A program made the translations under genes and the position numbers. A model generated the notes under the pieces. The model made no database searches and was not told the DNA's origin. It saw only the letters and a list, made by a program, of their open reading frames with translations. DNA of 64,000 bases from positions 129,050-193,049 of the forward strand of contig NW_018403629.1 of NCBI RefSeq assembly GCF_002113885.1, written 5' to 3'. Of the stretch, positions 1 through 12,450 are shown one piece after another (positions within the stretch are counted from its first letter, which is position 1; each line of letters opens with the position of its first letter). This DNA is from Mizuhopecten yessoensis (Eukaryota).

Positions 1-224
1 AGTGTTGCCCTTGGTCGTTCTTCAATTCGTCCTAGGTATCTCCAAACAACAATTTTGACTGTTCCTCATTCAACTAATAATTAGGTAACTAAACTGCTGT
101 TCTATGTCTGATTTGGGAATAATGAAAACTGTAACCCGTCGTTGCTGATGAAGACCTGGTAAATGTTTGCCCAATGCAAGACAAACTAATAATCATAATA
201 AAATCGTCGAAATTTTCACAAAAA

Positions 225-1100
225 GGTCATGATGTTGCCCATAATTCTTGCATATAGTTTTCATCAATCTGTGTCTCTCCGAACCATGTGTTTTAAGTTT
301 GTCCTAAAACATATCTATCAGACATCTATTACGGAAATTGTGGTACGGGCAAGTCCATGAATCTACTGCGACAAGTAAAACGATAAGTTGGAGATGCTAC
401 TACCAAGAAATGTCAAGTTCAATACAGGAAATTCGATAACCATACATTTTAATAGGAAGCCGTCTCTATGATTGACATGTTAAATGTAAAGATCGATATA
501 AGAGTCTATAGTGTCATTGATTTCTAAAAAGGGAGGGGGTGAACGCGTGGTAAATATATTTCTAGTCATTACAAATAATAAAGTAAAATAAAATAAACAA
601 GAAAATACTGAATTATGAGCAAAATCGTAATTTGAACTCAAATTTGATTAAACAATGGTACAATATGAATAAATGAAGATTTAGCTGTAGGTCATAAGAC
701 TTTGGTTCCCTAGTGGTGAGCGCTTTTGCTTCATTGACGGTACCCGCCATGTACTAATCTCACGTCCACAAAGCGAGAAAATGCCCAAATAGGCAAAACA
801 AAAAACATCGAAGGTCATATCATACATACGTCCCTTTGAAAAAACTAAAATGCCAATTGTATTCGTAATTTCTTTAATGCAACACATCGTCGATATATCT
901 GGATGTGAAATTAAAGGACTTGTGCTCAGTGGTAAGCCAACTGTCTGCTGGATTTTGTTTAGAACTTTACAAAATATCATTTACAGAAATTCGCTCATTC
1001 CATTTCCTCCCGACGTATATTTCGTAAATATGCAAGGGATTTCTACGGTGTTTACAGGTCGCAGTTGATTCGTACGCAAGAACTAAATGATTGATGTCAA
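225..1100 (-). mobile_element. Degenerate Penelope-like (PLE) reverse transcriptase fragment
   Basis: Minus-strand motifs QQTVGLPLST (~920-950), FTSRYIDDVL (~880-910, YIDD catalytic motif) and FPVLNLTFLGSSI (~390-435). The order matches PLE RT (QQTVGIPMG...FRYIDD...FPIVNFPFL). Stops and frameshifts present; boundaries approximate. Confidence 0.7.
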
Positions 1101-1825
1101 CTGCTAATTAACAACTTTCAACACAGGGTTTCCAATCATGTGCACGTCGTTAAATGAGTTGTTGAAAGGTCGTTAAACTCTATCAAACATATGAAGACTA
1201 CGGACAAGTTTTATGGCCGGCATTATGATGTACAATTGGAAATAGGCTATAATGTGTGTGATATGATGGTCGCGGATCATTGTTTTTATTTATGCTCATT
1301 TAGGGTGCATTGCTGTTTCTTGTTGTAACAACCCTAGTTTCGATGTGAGGACTTGAAATCAGTTGAATTTGACCTAGATGTACATGGCTAATTTCGTCAA
1401 TGAAGTATAAAACGCTTATCCTTCCGGAACAACTGGTCTTATTCCCTCGATTTTTTTTAGGAGTCCCCATGTAAATATGTTCTTGTTTTATATTGTGTCC
1501 TACTTTTCCGAACTTAGATTCGAATTACTGTTTTGTTACCACTCCTTATTCTCTGTGAATTGTTCACAGACACTTATTTGTATCGGCGTTCGTCTCTCAA
1601 ATGAGAGAACGAAAATGTCCCTTTATTTAGGTAGGAAGTGTGGTATTGTACGGAATAAAACAAGTTATCCTGTTTAATTAGGAGGTATTTTTCAACACGT
1701 ATGAATTATTTTCTGACTTGAGACCGCATGATGCGGATTGTTCTGTTAGCCAAATAAATTATATACTGTATGAACTGTAGCCACCTTGTTGTTACGTCAG
1801 GTAATTTCTATTGATAGCAAAACAT

Positions 1826-2030
1826 GGTGGTCGGGTGGCGCAGTGGATAGCGCACTTGCCTTTCATTAAGGCGGCCGGGGTTCGGTTCACCGATCGGACG
1901 TGAAGAGGAATGGGGTCACCTGCCCGATCACGTGTGTTTTCTCCGGGTACTCCGGGTTTCTCCCCGCCCGCTTAGATCCGGGCCAACAAGAGTGATACGT
2001 ATAAGCTGTAAAAACTTGTTTCATAAATAT
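1826..2030 (+). mobile_element. tRNA-derived SINE with V-domain-like core
   Basis: A box TGGCGCAGTGG and B-box-like GGTTCGGTTC, followed by TTTTCTCCGGGTACTCCGGGTTTCTCCCC resembling the V-SINE conserved domain. Confidence 0.75.
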
Positions 2031-2364
2031 AATGCAACAAACTTAAGTTTATATATAACATTGGAAAATTAGTAATTGTTTATTAAAACTTCTAAAAGAC
2101 ATGTTTACATAACAGATATGGTTAAAGAATATGATTATTTAACATGATAACAGAAACAAGAATAAAAGAAATGAAAAAGAAAAGAACGGTGATGGTTTGA
2201 GGTTTGCAAAGAAACCATAGATAGAGTGGTTGTTACCTATTACATTCATGGTATAAAATGCAAAATGTAGCATGCGTATTTGTTATTGTCATGTCATATA
2301 GTGTTATAATATTTGCAGGACAAAACAAATTGTACAAATTCAAAATGCATATTAAACCTTAAAT

Positions 2365-4213
2365 TTACAAAAAGTAGGATAATAAATATTTTGCTTTCCC
2401 CCACGAAGAACAGTCATTTTTATTACTGCCTATCGTGTCCTTTTTATCCCATAATTCTTGGACAGTGTCGGGTGTTATATAATGTATAACCTTATGACAT
2501 CGGATATAGAAATCTTTAAGTAGCCAGTAATCAAACATAAAAGGGTTTACATCATAAACAAAATCATCTTCACTTTTTACCGACATTCCCAACCTGTAAA
2601 CAATGATTGCGATATAAATGTCTTCTAGTTTAATTGACCGCGTAGTTCTCATCTCCTGGTGTATCTTTAAAGCCGTTGGTAGCGTCATGGCATACGCGGG
2701 ACCGGAACAATATGGCGGATAGGTTTTAAAGGGATATTCCTCGTAGGAAACTTTCCACTTGGTGGAAATTCTGTGAGGAGAGCGTTTGTTGAAACAGGAA
2801 CCAAGTATGACATCATTTGGGAGATAGTCCGCCTTGTTTTGTAGTACTCTAAGAGCGTCCAGGTCTAGGTATACATCATCGTCGACTTTGAAAAAGTAAC
2901 TTGCTTCACGGCAGAAATGTGTCACCCAGTTAAAGGCTGCCACGGTTTTGTCGGTTAGATGGTAATAGTTCTTAATGACGTCCACCTGTATAGTATCGTC
3001 ATGGACCTCTCTGTCGTCGTCCTGGTTATAAGCTACGTCTCTGCCGATGAGAAAATACAGACTGAAATTATATTCCATTTGCATTGTTGATTTCCATCAT
3101 GTTTTGCGTATAGTTTCTTGTTGTAGATAATTAGACACTTTACTTATCACAATGATAACGGTGCTTTTCGCAGTGTGCTGCTTACTCGTCACCTCTCTGA
3201 CCAAGAATGGTTTCGGTATGTTTTGTTTATCTTGTTGTGAAAACTTCAAAAGGCCTTGTGCCGTCAATGGTTCATCAAGTAGATCACAGAAAATGAAATA
3301 AACGAGCACCATTAAGATCCCAAACAGTTATCCTTTGGTAAGTTGTTTTCTGACCCTCCTGTTTATACACTGCAAGAAAAAAAACCTCGTTCAATTAAAA
3401 CAATCATTAATACATAGGCTGAAGTATCTTTCCTACAGCGACCGTCTTAAGGTGGTAAGGATTCCCAACACTGGCCTACCGAAGAATGAGGGGTGGTATC
3501 ATTAACGTCTATACAATTTTGAATATTTTTCACGACAACGAAGTTACTGCTGGCATCTTTGATCAAGATTCAACATCTAGAACAAGAGGGCATACACAAA
3601 AAATATGTAAATTAGATATCATAGGAAACATTCATTTGGCTACAGACCGTTTGATTCTTGTACATACAGGCTACAACAAGTAAAGACTTAAAAATTAGTT
3701 TAGGCAATCATTGGAAACATCTTGAACTAAAATTTAATCACCTACATAGCTAGCTACAAGTCTTATAATCTAACATAGAGGCAAGTGATTGCCTGCGTTC
3801 ATCATTATGTAAACACCCATCACGATAAGTGAGTACCGAAGCGAAGTCAACCGTGGGTATCCGACGATGGTAAACACCAAGATTCGAGAATGCTTGCAAT
3901 TAATTCAGATAATGTCTTAAGATATTGATATCTCTCAAGTGCCAATGATAATTAAAAAGTGTTATGTATTCAGCACAACGATGCTCGCTCTAATCCTTTA
4001 GATTTGTGAGTATCCTGGTATTTGTAAATGTCAACTAGAAGTAAGAATTAAGCAATATTAGAAAAATAAGAATCTACAAGAAATGCAGAGACAAGCGAAA
4101 GTAAATACTGACAATAATAACATTTAAACGTCCAATAAATATCGGTACATATTCCAAAAAGATAATTTGAATATATTTTGAAATTGAACTAATATCATCC
4201 TTACCCAGTACAT
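2365..4213 (-). pseudogene. Beta-1,3-galactosyltransferase-like (GT31/Galactosyl_T) gene with two in-frame stops
   Basis: Exon 4213-4205 (ATG TAC TGG|GTAAGG) and exon 3369-2365 (acceptor TTTTCTTGCAG) form one frame: MYWCINRRVRKQLTKG*LFGILMVLVYFIF...IRKT*WKST...YYHLTDKT...FFKVDDDVYL...YPPYCSGPAY...LEDIYI. GT31 motifs and an N-terminal TM anchor are present. Stops: TAA 3330-3328, TGA 3099-3097. Confidence 0.85.
3418..3790 (+). mobile_element. CR1-type LINE 3' fragment (intronic, antisense to host)
   Basis: Frameshifted translation LKYLSYSDRLK..IPTLAYRRMRGGIINVYTILN...SRTRGHTQK matches the CR1 ORF2 C-terminal pattern (SYEERL..LPTL.YRR.RGD...RTRGH). Confidence 0.7.
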
Positions 4214-4429
4214 CCTGATACAAGCGTTCCAGCGAACTTCCCTAGGTATCGTTTGAGAAGGTGCAACATACGTCACCAGCTATCGTCCTGGAGTTATTTA
4301 TCATGTGGTTAGAAAGGCTTTGTATTCTCAATATATAATCATCATTTGTATGCTTTCAACATCAATTTAGTCACAGCGTACTTGTAAATTTGGTCGTTCC
4401 TTCACCGCCACTGTCAAGCTTACCTACAC

Positions 4430-4775
4430 GTCGCCACCAACACTACTATCACGCTTACCTGGATCGTGAGGCCATACTCCGTCACCAACACTACTACCAC
4501 GCTTACCTGAATCGTGAGGCCATACTCCGTCACCAACACTACTACCACGCTTACCTGAATCGTGAGGCCATACTCCGTCACCAACACTACTACCACGCTT
4601 ACCTGGATCGTGAGGCCATACTCCGTCACCAACACTACTACCACGCTTACCTGAATCGTGAGGCCATACTCCGTCACCAACACTACTACCACGCTTACCT
4701 GAATCGTGAGGCCATACTCCGTCACCAACACTACTACCACGCTTACCTGCATCGTGAGGCCATACTCCGTCACCA
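4430..4775. repeat. 48-bp minisatellite, ~7 copies
   Basis: Unit CCGTCACCAACACTACTACCACGCTTACCTGAATCGTGAGGCCATACT. Confidence 0.95.
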
Positions 4776-6399
4776 GCTGTGTCTAGCATTGCATGTATAT
4801 GTGATTTACTCTACATTTCTGGTCAGAAATCNNNNNNNNNNNNNNNNNNNNNNNNNNNNNNNNNNNNNNNNNNNNNNNNNNNNNNNNNNNNNNNNNNNNN
4901 NNNNNNNNNNNNNNNNNNNNNNNNNNNNNNNNNNNNNNNNNNNNNNNNNNNNNNNNNNNNNNNNNNNNNNNNNNNNNNNNNNNNNNNNNNNNNNNNNNNN
5001 NNNNNNNNNNNNNNNNNNNNNNNNNNNNNNNNNNNNNNNNNNNNNNNNNNNNNNNNNNNNNNNNNNNNNNNNNNNNNNNNNNNNNNNNNNNNNNNNNNNN
5101 NNNNNNNNNNNNNNNNNNNNNNNNNNNNNNNNNNNNNNNNNNNNNNNNNNNNNNNNNNNNNNNNNNNNNNNNNNNNNNNNNNNNNNNNNNNNNNNNNNNN
5201 NNNNNNNNNNNNNNNNNNNNNNNNNNNNNNNNNNNNNNNNNNNNNNNNNNNNNNNNNNNNNNNNNNNNNNNNNNNNNNNNNNNNNNNNNNNNNNNNNNNN
5301 NNNNNNNNNNNNNNNNNNNNNNNNNNNNNNNNNNNNNNNNNNNNNNNNNNNNNNNNNNNNNNNNNNNNNNNNNNNNNNNNNNNNNNNNNNNNNNNNNNNN
5401 NNNNNNNNNNNNNNNNNNNNNNNNNNNNNNNNNNNNNNNNNNNNNNNNNNNNNNNNNNNNNNNNNNNNNGCTTGACTACAATAACAGCCCTTTAAAACGC
5501 AGTGATAGGCCTATAACCTACATTAAATCGTAAATTTGGTTATATTTTAAGTTATTAGGCGCTTGGTTTAAAAGTGCCAAAAACTAAGGCACCAATATGT
5601 CGCCATATATTGGATTTGTATTAGTTGACAGTTCTTGCTAAACTAAAGTTATGTTTATGTGTTGTTACATATCTAGGGAAAATTCAAACTCCCACTATTT
5701 TATCAACGCTCACTTTACTTTTACCTTTTACTGGAAGTCGGCGCTATGTGCAACGTGTATATATGACAATATGGTGCAGTAAAGTATTTACTGTTTGGCT
5801 TTTTGCATTGAAAAGTTAAAATTCAAACATATGAAAGATGTAAACTTGTAACGATATAAAGAGTGTATATGCTTCTTTTCCGGTTCGCTGTATTCTACGT
5901 ATTTTTCAGAACACTTAGCACAAGGGTTTTAATTGTTTTGACTATTAGTACCACAGACGAGTCTTAAATAGACAAGATTACCATATATGGTGTGCAGTAT
6001 AATTTTTACTTTGTTTGACTATCTAAATCAACATATTACATTATAGATAAGTGCTATCTAACTTATTTATAGTATTTTAAGGAAAATATTTACTGCTGCC
6101 AGCTTTAGATTAACAGATATTGATATAACTTGACTCCTTCCATCATTTAGACCGATACATAAGGTTGATAATGTGTGGTAACGTTAATAAGAATAGCAAT
6201 ATCTACGAATTTTAGAACAAATATAAGTTTGTTTTATAAAGGTAATAAAAACATAACAAAAGCTCCAAAAAATCAGAAACAAAAAGAAAAGAAACCATTA
6301 ACAAAAAAAACAAAAACTTACAACGACAGAACATAACCGCAATATGACTCGATAACATTAGGCAAAGTATGCACGAAGAAAAATAAAATAACATGGAGA

Positions 6400-6770
6400 C
6401 TCTTAAAAATGTACAAAGAGAGTAGGATCGGGTGAATTAGACCGGGTAAGTGTCTACTGCTTTATCAACGGCTCGAACCATGCAATCAGGGTCAAGAAAA
6501 TGTGTCCATAATCTTCATCCCTGCATTTTGTGGAAACCATACGCGGAATTGTATCCGACAACAGTGTTATCCGATAGCACGAAAATAATATACGTGGAGG
6601 AGGACGCTTTTTGATATAAAATCAACTGCGACATGTAAACACTGTAGGTTTGGGATGTAGGGATGTTATTGTAAAGAAAGGGAAAGCTTACCATCGGAAA
6701 ACGCTGATCCCGCTGATCGTACAGCTTAGTTGTAAGATGTACCTGTAATGCATACATATTACCTGTCAAT
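6400..6770 (-). mobile_element. Penelope-like element 3' fragment (RT thumb + 3' region)
   Basis: LTTKLYDQRDQRFPMVSFPFLYNNIPTSQTYSVYMSQLILY matches the PLE pattern TKLYDKRDDF.FPIVNFPFL.SNIP.SPAYGVYISQLIRY. Confidence 0.8.
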
Positions 6771-9700
6771 TAATATGAAATTGAAAAGTTTTTGCAAACG
6801 GAAAACATTAATGAGGTCAACAAAATCTAACGTTGAAGATATTTCCATTAATTTCAGTATTGCTGTTCAATCGAAAAAAACACCATTCGAGGAACATTCT
6901 TATAATTGAATACTGCAGTTGTATATGTGTTTGATTTATTTTAAGGTTAACATAAACGTTGACGATAGCATTGGCTTACTGTCCAACCTTTTATTCCAAA
7001 TCCAATAACAGTTTTTACTCAGACGTTTGTGAAACCAATTCGTAGAAAATCTCACGACCCAAGGTATGCTCTCAACACATACAGAGGGCGATAGTCTCCC
7101 CTGGGACATTCAGATACATTTTAAATCCTGGTGATTTTTACACACGTATGGTTATCGTCTAAAATCAATTTGGAAATATTACATAGGTGTTTGTACAGAT
7201 AGAGTTATCAATTCGTCATTCTCTCGGACCTATATATTTCTATATTTACATGTTTTACATAGCGTTTGAAGCAGTGTATGAGATGCTAAAAGTTTTGTAA
7301 AAAGAAAGGTACAGATGTCTCTAACAAAATATATACCTGTGTAACAAACGAAGGTAGAACACACTCTTAGCGGTAAATGCACCTACACGTAACTGCAGGT
7401 ACGGGTAAAGCTTTACGGACGGCGTAAGTAGAATAAGGCAGTGTTATAATCATTAAGACAAGTAAAGCAAGCTTGCATANCAAAATATATACCTGTGTAA
7501 CAAACGAAGGTAGAACACACTCTTAGCGGTAAATGCACCTACACGTAACTGCAGTTACGGGTATAGCTTTACCGACGACGTAAGTAGACTAAGGCAGTGT
7601 TATAATCATTAAGACAAGTAAAGCAAGCTTGCATTAATTAACAGAAAACTTATATAACATAAAACACATTAGGATGTTTGTGAACCTATTTTAAGGTGAT
7701 CATAATCAGGATATTAATTGTTACTTATTCTTTTCCAATTCATAAGTTTGAAGCGTTAAAGTGCAACGAGCATTGGTCTGTAGATTGTTTATAGCCGAAT
7801 AATGCGCCTCCAATGTTACGTCTCATTCTCTGACAACTAATTGTATTTATCACAGATTCTGAATAGAAACCGAGTTTGTTTTGTCAAAGAAATCAGCAAA
7901 CGTTTTACTAGCTGTACGCTGTCAAACTAGATATATCTATTTACATGTATAACACGTACATGTATAAGCTTACCATCTGAATCATGGTATAGCGTGTTTT
8001 AANATTGTATTTATCACAGATTCTGAATAGAAACCGAGTTTGTTTTGTCTAAGAAATCAGCAAACGTTTTACTAGCTGTACGCTGTCAAATTAGATATAT
8101 CTATTTACATGTATAACACGTACATGTATAAGCTTACCATCCGAATCATGGTATAGTGTTTTTACTGTTACACGTGGCAATCCTTTTTATGAAGGTGTTA
8201 CAATTATTTACCCAAATGTTACCAAGCTGACAACAACATCAAATCAATAGATTTTACACATATCACACAGCATCATAACAACATTGTATTTTATGTCCGC
8301 TATATTGTGTACGTGTACATGACATTGTGTTACAGCCCAGTGTGCTCGCATCTCTAGCTTTGAATTGAATACATAACTCGGCAATTAAAACGACAGGACT
8401 AACATGTGCGTAGATTGTTATCAAGACATCCGAGCATCTTTGCAGACAAGTCGCTCTAAAAGTTCGATAATATATTGTCTAAACTGTAAGTTAGCGGTAA
8501 GACCAGGAAACGACATAAACATCCTCTCGGAGTCAATCATAATTTCAAAGTATGCACACGACCGTAATACGATTTCTCTTTATGAACCAAACAAGTTTAT
8601 TAACTTGTTCAAATATATCNGGAAACGACATAAACATCCTCTCGGAGTCAATCATAATTTCAAAGTATGCACACGACCGTAATACGATTTCTTTTTATGA
8701 ACCAAACAAGTTTATTAACTTGTTCAAATATATAAATGTTTTCTAACGTTGTCGCGAATGTAACGGTATTCGATGTTTACCATAAAACATGTCCATATTA
8801 TTCATCAACATTGACCTTCATATCACACAAGGATAACGAATACTTTAAGCTTGTTCATGATGTGTACCATAAAACATGCCCAATTTGAACCGTACAGAGG
8901 TTTATATAAATACGTGCGAGACTGATCAAATACAGAAGCTGATTTAACATCGGAGTTTAACCATTTAGCTTGGTGTTGGAGAAGTCTTGTCTACAATGAT
9001 ACATCTTTATTCGCATGATTGATAATTTTAATTATTATTTCGAAATTGACTATTGTTTGATAATTTGGCAACGAAAGCATAACTTCCGCATTATTTTCAA
9101 ATGTATATCAACAGTTGGGCTGTTGCTGGCCAACTCGCATCACATGAACCCAATAAAACAAGACTGTCTCTATATATGTTATCATGTTGCCGTCCGTCAC
9201 AGCTGTGTGATATGTTGTATGAATGTAGACATACTGGTAAAGGTGTAAAACATTATCAAAAGGTATTGGAAAAGCGTTAATTGAAGATATAAAACTAGGA
9301 CGCAAGCACTCTCGTGTAAGGACACCATCTAGAGAATAAAGCGGGGCTCCCAGCACCATCTTCTACCAGAAACCAGCTGGAAATTTAAATAAACATGAAC
9401 CAAACATATGTTCCATGACAAAAGTTATAATTACCAATGCTGCTACGCTTCACGTTTGAACAACTCTAAAATATAGTCCAAATAAACAGTAGTAGGTTTA
9501 CCATTTTCTTAGAACCATCCATATTGTTGTTTTAACTGATGACAACAGACACAAGATATGTTTCAAATAGATTCACACAAATAATCAATAAGAGAATACA
9601 TATATCATATACCAACAATCTATCATTACTCTATCTCTAAAATGACATGCTAACAGTAAAATCTCATAACACTAGAACTCATGAAAAAGATAGTTAGAAG

Positions 9701-11007
9701 ACATATTTTTGACGAGTTTAATACATTTGGTCCTAGCGATATTGAACGTGGTTTAAGAACATTTATTTCAATATTTAATAGCCCTTTAACCCAGATATCT
9801 ACAGGCCAAATATCATCAACATATATCTAATGGTATATTTGAAGTAAGTTTAAGATTTTAAAATCATTTTAACTTTGACCTTGGTCGAAATGTAATTAAT
9901 TTCAACAAATTCGATAGTCCTTCACGTAAGGTAGCAGCAGGGAAATACCATGATCCCATGCCTCATGTTTTTTTTGGAAATTTTAAGATATCCTTAACAT
10001 ATTGGACTTGTGATCTTCGACGTGGGTCAATGTCATTAATTCAAAGAAACGTTATACACATTAAACATCTGGACACATATCAGGTTTACAGGTTTCACTG
10101 TCTTTTTTGAGGTATTTCTTTTGACATTAAAGTGACCTTAAAAGCTTTTTTAACAATCTTATAGTTCTTTCCCCTTTTAGACAGAACCCAAATATTAAAA
10201 CCCGAAGTCTTTTTGTTGGTTCTTATGAAAAATGTATCTACAGAAGTTCAGTAGACAGACGCTATTTAGAAGATATATAGTTTTATGGTTATTTTTCCAG
10301 TAGCATGGAAGTTCTAAACCATCCATTAAATACCTTCAGTGTAAGAAAATTATATAATATAAGTGCTTTAGAATGATAACACTATTTTCATATCTAAATT
10401 CGGAGCATGAAATGTACCAGCTCCTTCTGGTTCTTTTCATGTGGATTATCCAGTTAACAGAAAGACTAAGTATACTGGGTCCATGGTTAATGATGTATGT
10501 ATTAACTGTTCGCAGCGAGTGAAGATAAACGTGAGAACCCTTGCATTTGAAAGTACACAAGCCTTATATCACACACAGAAACAGTGTGACACTGGTAACT
10601 TTACAACGCATGTGGACTTTTTGAAGTGTACCAAACAAAATGAGATTGCCATATGTCAATCAATGATGCTTGAAAACACTGGAAATCTGGGGCAAAATCC
10701 TCTATATTATAATGGGAGGTAATCCCATCTCATCTCTATTGTTTCAACCTGAAAAATCATTATTACAATGTTATTTTCCAATGCCAAAGTTTCTTGACAA
10801 GCAAAATCCAACCAATTATTACCAATCTCCGTTTTTGAAATTTTTAAATATATGCAAGAAAAGTCATTGATATAAATTGACGAATAACAAATTCATACAT
10901 GTGCATATATATAATCTTTATTTCAACATCAAACAAACTTAACATTTTGTTAACAAATATGTGCAAACAATAAGTCATCTTGTTCTATTCTTTTTCATAA
11001 CATAATA

Positions 11008-11135
11008 TACAATTTTGGACTTTTGTGCTGGTGAATATGATGTGATATGAACCTGAAAAGTACGCCTCGGTCAATATCACTTTTTCAGGTTCATATCACA
11101 TCCTATTTACCAGCACAAAAGCCCATAGCTGTTTT
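11008..11135. mobile_element. Hairpin (palindromic) MITE
   Basis: ~45-bp imperfect inverted arms CTTTTGTGCTGGTGAATATGATGTGATATGAACCTGAAAA / TTTTCAGGTTCATATCACATCCTATTTACCAGCACAAAAG around a ~22-nt spacer. Confidence 0.75.
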
Positions 11136-11269
11136 ATAATTTGCCCCAACAATAATATTTTGTATAGTTAACATTTACTTGAACGAGCCTCTGTGTAAAA
11201 TTTAGCCAGTGTTGAATCTAACAGTTCGGTTTTCAAGCATATGATAATAACATTTATCACATAATGTAC

Positions 11270-11950
11270 TGTGTTATCCAGTGAATAATACCCATGTCAT
11301 ATTTATTTGCATGTTAACATGTAAGGAGGCACGGTAGTCTAGTGGTAGGATGCCAGGCTCGTGACCGAAGGGCTGCGGGTTCGAGTCATGGCACGGCACT
11401 GTGTTGTATCTTTGAGCAAGATAATTTACTCCGCTTGTTCTAGTCTACTCAGCTGTAAATGAGTACGTGGTTGGGCAGTGCTGGAATTGTTGAATGCTAG
11501 CTGTTAGCGCCGAAATGGCAGCTCCAGCTGTATGCTCCACAGGGATTTGAGAAAGGTAGTGGCTGGTTGCAAAGGCCCTATAACCCCGGATAATAGTTTG
11601 TGAACCGCTTTGAGACGACCTACAAACTAGGTTGTGATAAGGGGGTATATAAGAACCTCAAATTATTATTATTATTATTATGTTATATGACCTATCAGCC
11701 CTGTGATTGGTTGTAAGTTTCAATTGTTTCAATTGTGACGTCACGCCTAGGACAAGTACATGATGTAACAGACTTTCAAGGTTGCATGAAAATTGCAGTG
11801 TTACACAAATAAATGCCACAAATCTTTATTATGTGATTTTTATTTCATATGAAATTTATGAAACTCGTTACGAATTTCATAAATCTCATAGGAATGGAAA
11901 CTCATGTAAGATCCTACATGTATTACATTACGTATTCACTGGGTTAATAT
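11270..11950. mobile_element. MITE-like element interrupted by a SINE
   Basis: Terminal inverted match CCAGTGAATA (11278) / TATTCACTGG (11933), plus internal palindrome TATGAAATTTATGAAACTCG..CGAATTTCATAAATCTCATA. Confidence 0.5.
11325..11680 (+). mobile_element. tRNA-derived CORE-type SINE, full length
   Basis: A box GGTAGTCTAGTGG, B box GGTTCGAGTC, CORE-like GTATCTTTGAGCAAGATAATTTAC...CAGCTGTAAATGAGTAC, (ATT)n tail at 11662-11680. Confidence 0.8.
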
Positions 11951-12387
11951 ACAGATATGTGATCGATGTTCATGCAACATCAACATGTATATTAAAGTAC
12001 AATTTTAAATAAGACCATATTCATATTAATAGAATATATATATAAAACATTGATAAATTACAATAATCAACAAAAAATATACGAGACAATACCAGTATCA
12101 ATCAGAAATTCAGACATAAAACAAACATTTTTCATTTTGAGTATTCTCCGTTATATAGGAAAATGAAGATTCTTCCCTTTCCAAGGTTTTTGTCTCTCAC
12201 AGTCTATTGCATATAACATACATGTTTTATCTAATAATACTCAGCAAGAGCTTCTATGCTTATGGAGAGGTGATCTCAACATTTTTGTTTGAACCATTTT
12301 AACAAATGTACCATTATTATTTTGAGTAATATTGTAAAAGATGTGCATTGATTAGATTGCATTACAAGTGTCAGCTGCAGAGAATTT

Positions 12388-12450
12388 CCCTTAAGCTCAG
12401 CGGTAGAGCATCAGGCTGGAGAGCCTGGGGTCCCCGGTTCGAGCCCCATC
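12388..12450 (+). mobile_element. tRNA-like SINE head fragment
   Basis: GCTCAGCGGTAGAGC (D-arm/A box) and GGTTCGAGCCCC (B box). The acceptor stem and a 7-nt anticodon loop are not properly formed, so this is not a functional tRNA. Confidence 0.55.

Noticed and set aside
3097-3099. TGA as selenocysteine in the GT31 gene
   Set aside because: It aligns with a conserved Trp (TGG>TGA), a second in-frame TAA exists, and I recognised no SECIS.
4390-5495. His/Tyr-rich repeat ORF (RHQHYYHAYLNREAIL)n
   Set aside because: A 48-bp repeat open in several frames on both strands, non-ATG start, extended only by Ns.
7325-8735. Three ~115-160 bp direct duplications (around 7479, 8003 and 8620)
   Set aside because: Each pair is separated by a single N, typical of overlapping contig ends joined by the scaffolder; treated as an assembly artefact.
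12388-12450. Functional tRNA gene
   Set aside because: No proper acceptor stem or 7-nt anticodon loop; better explained as a SINE head.
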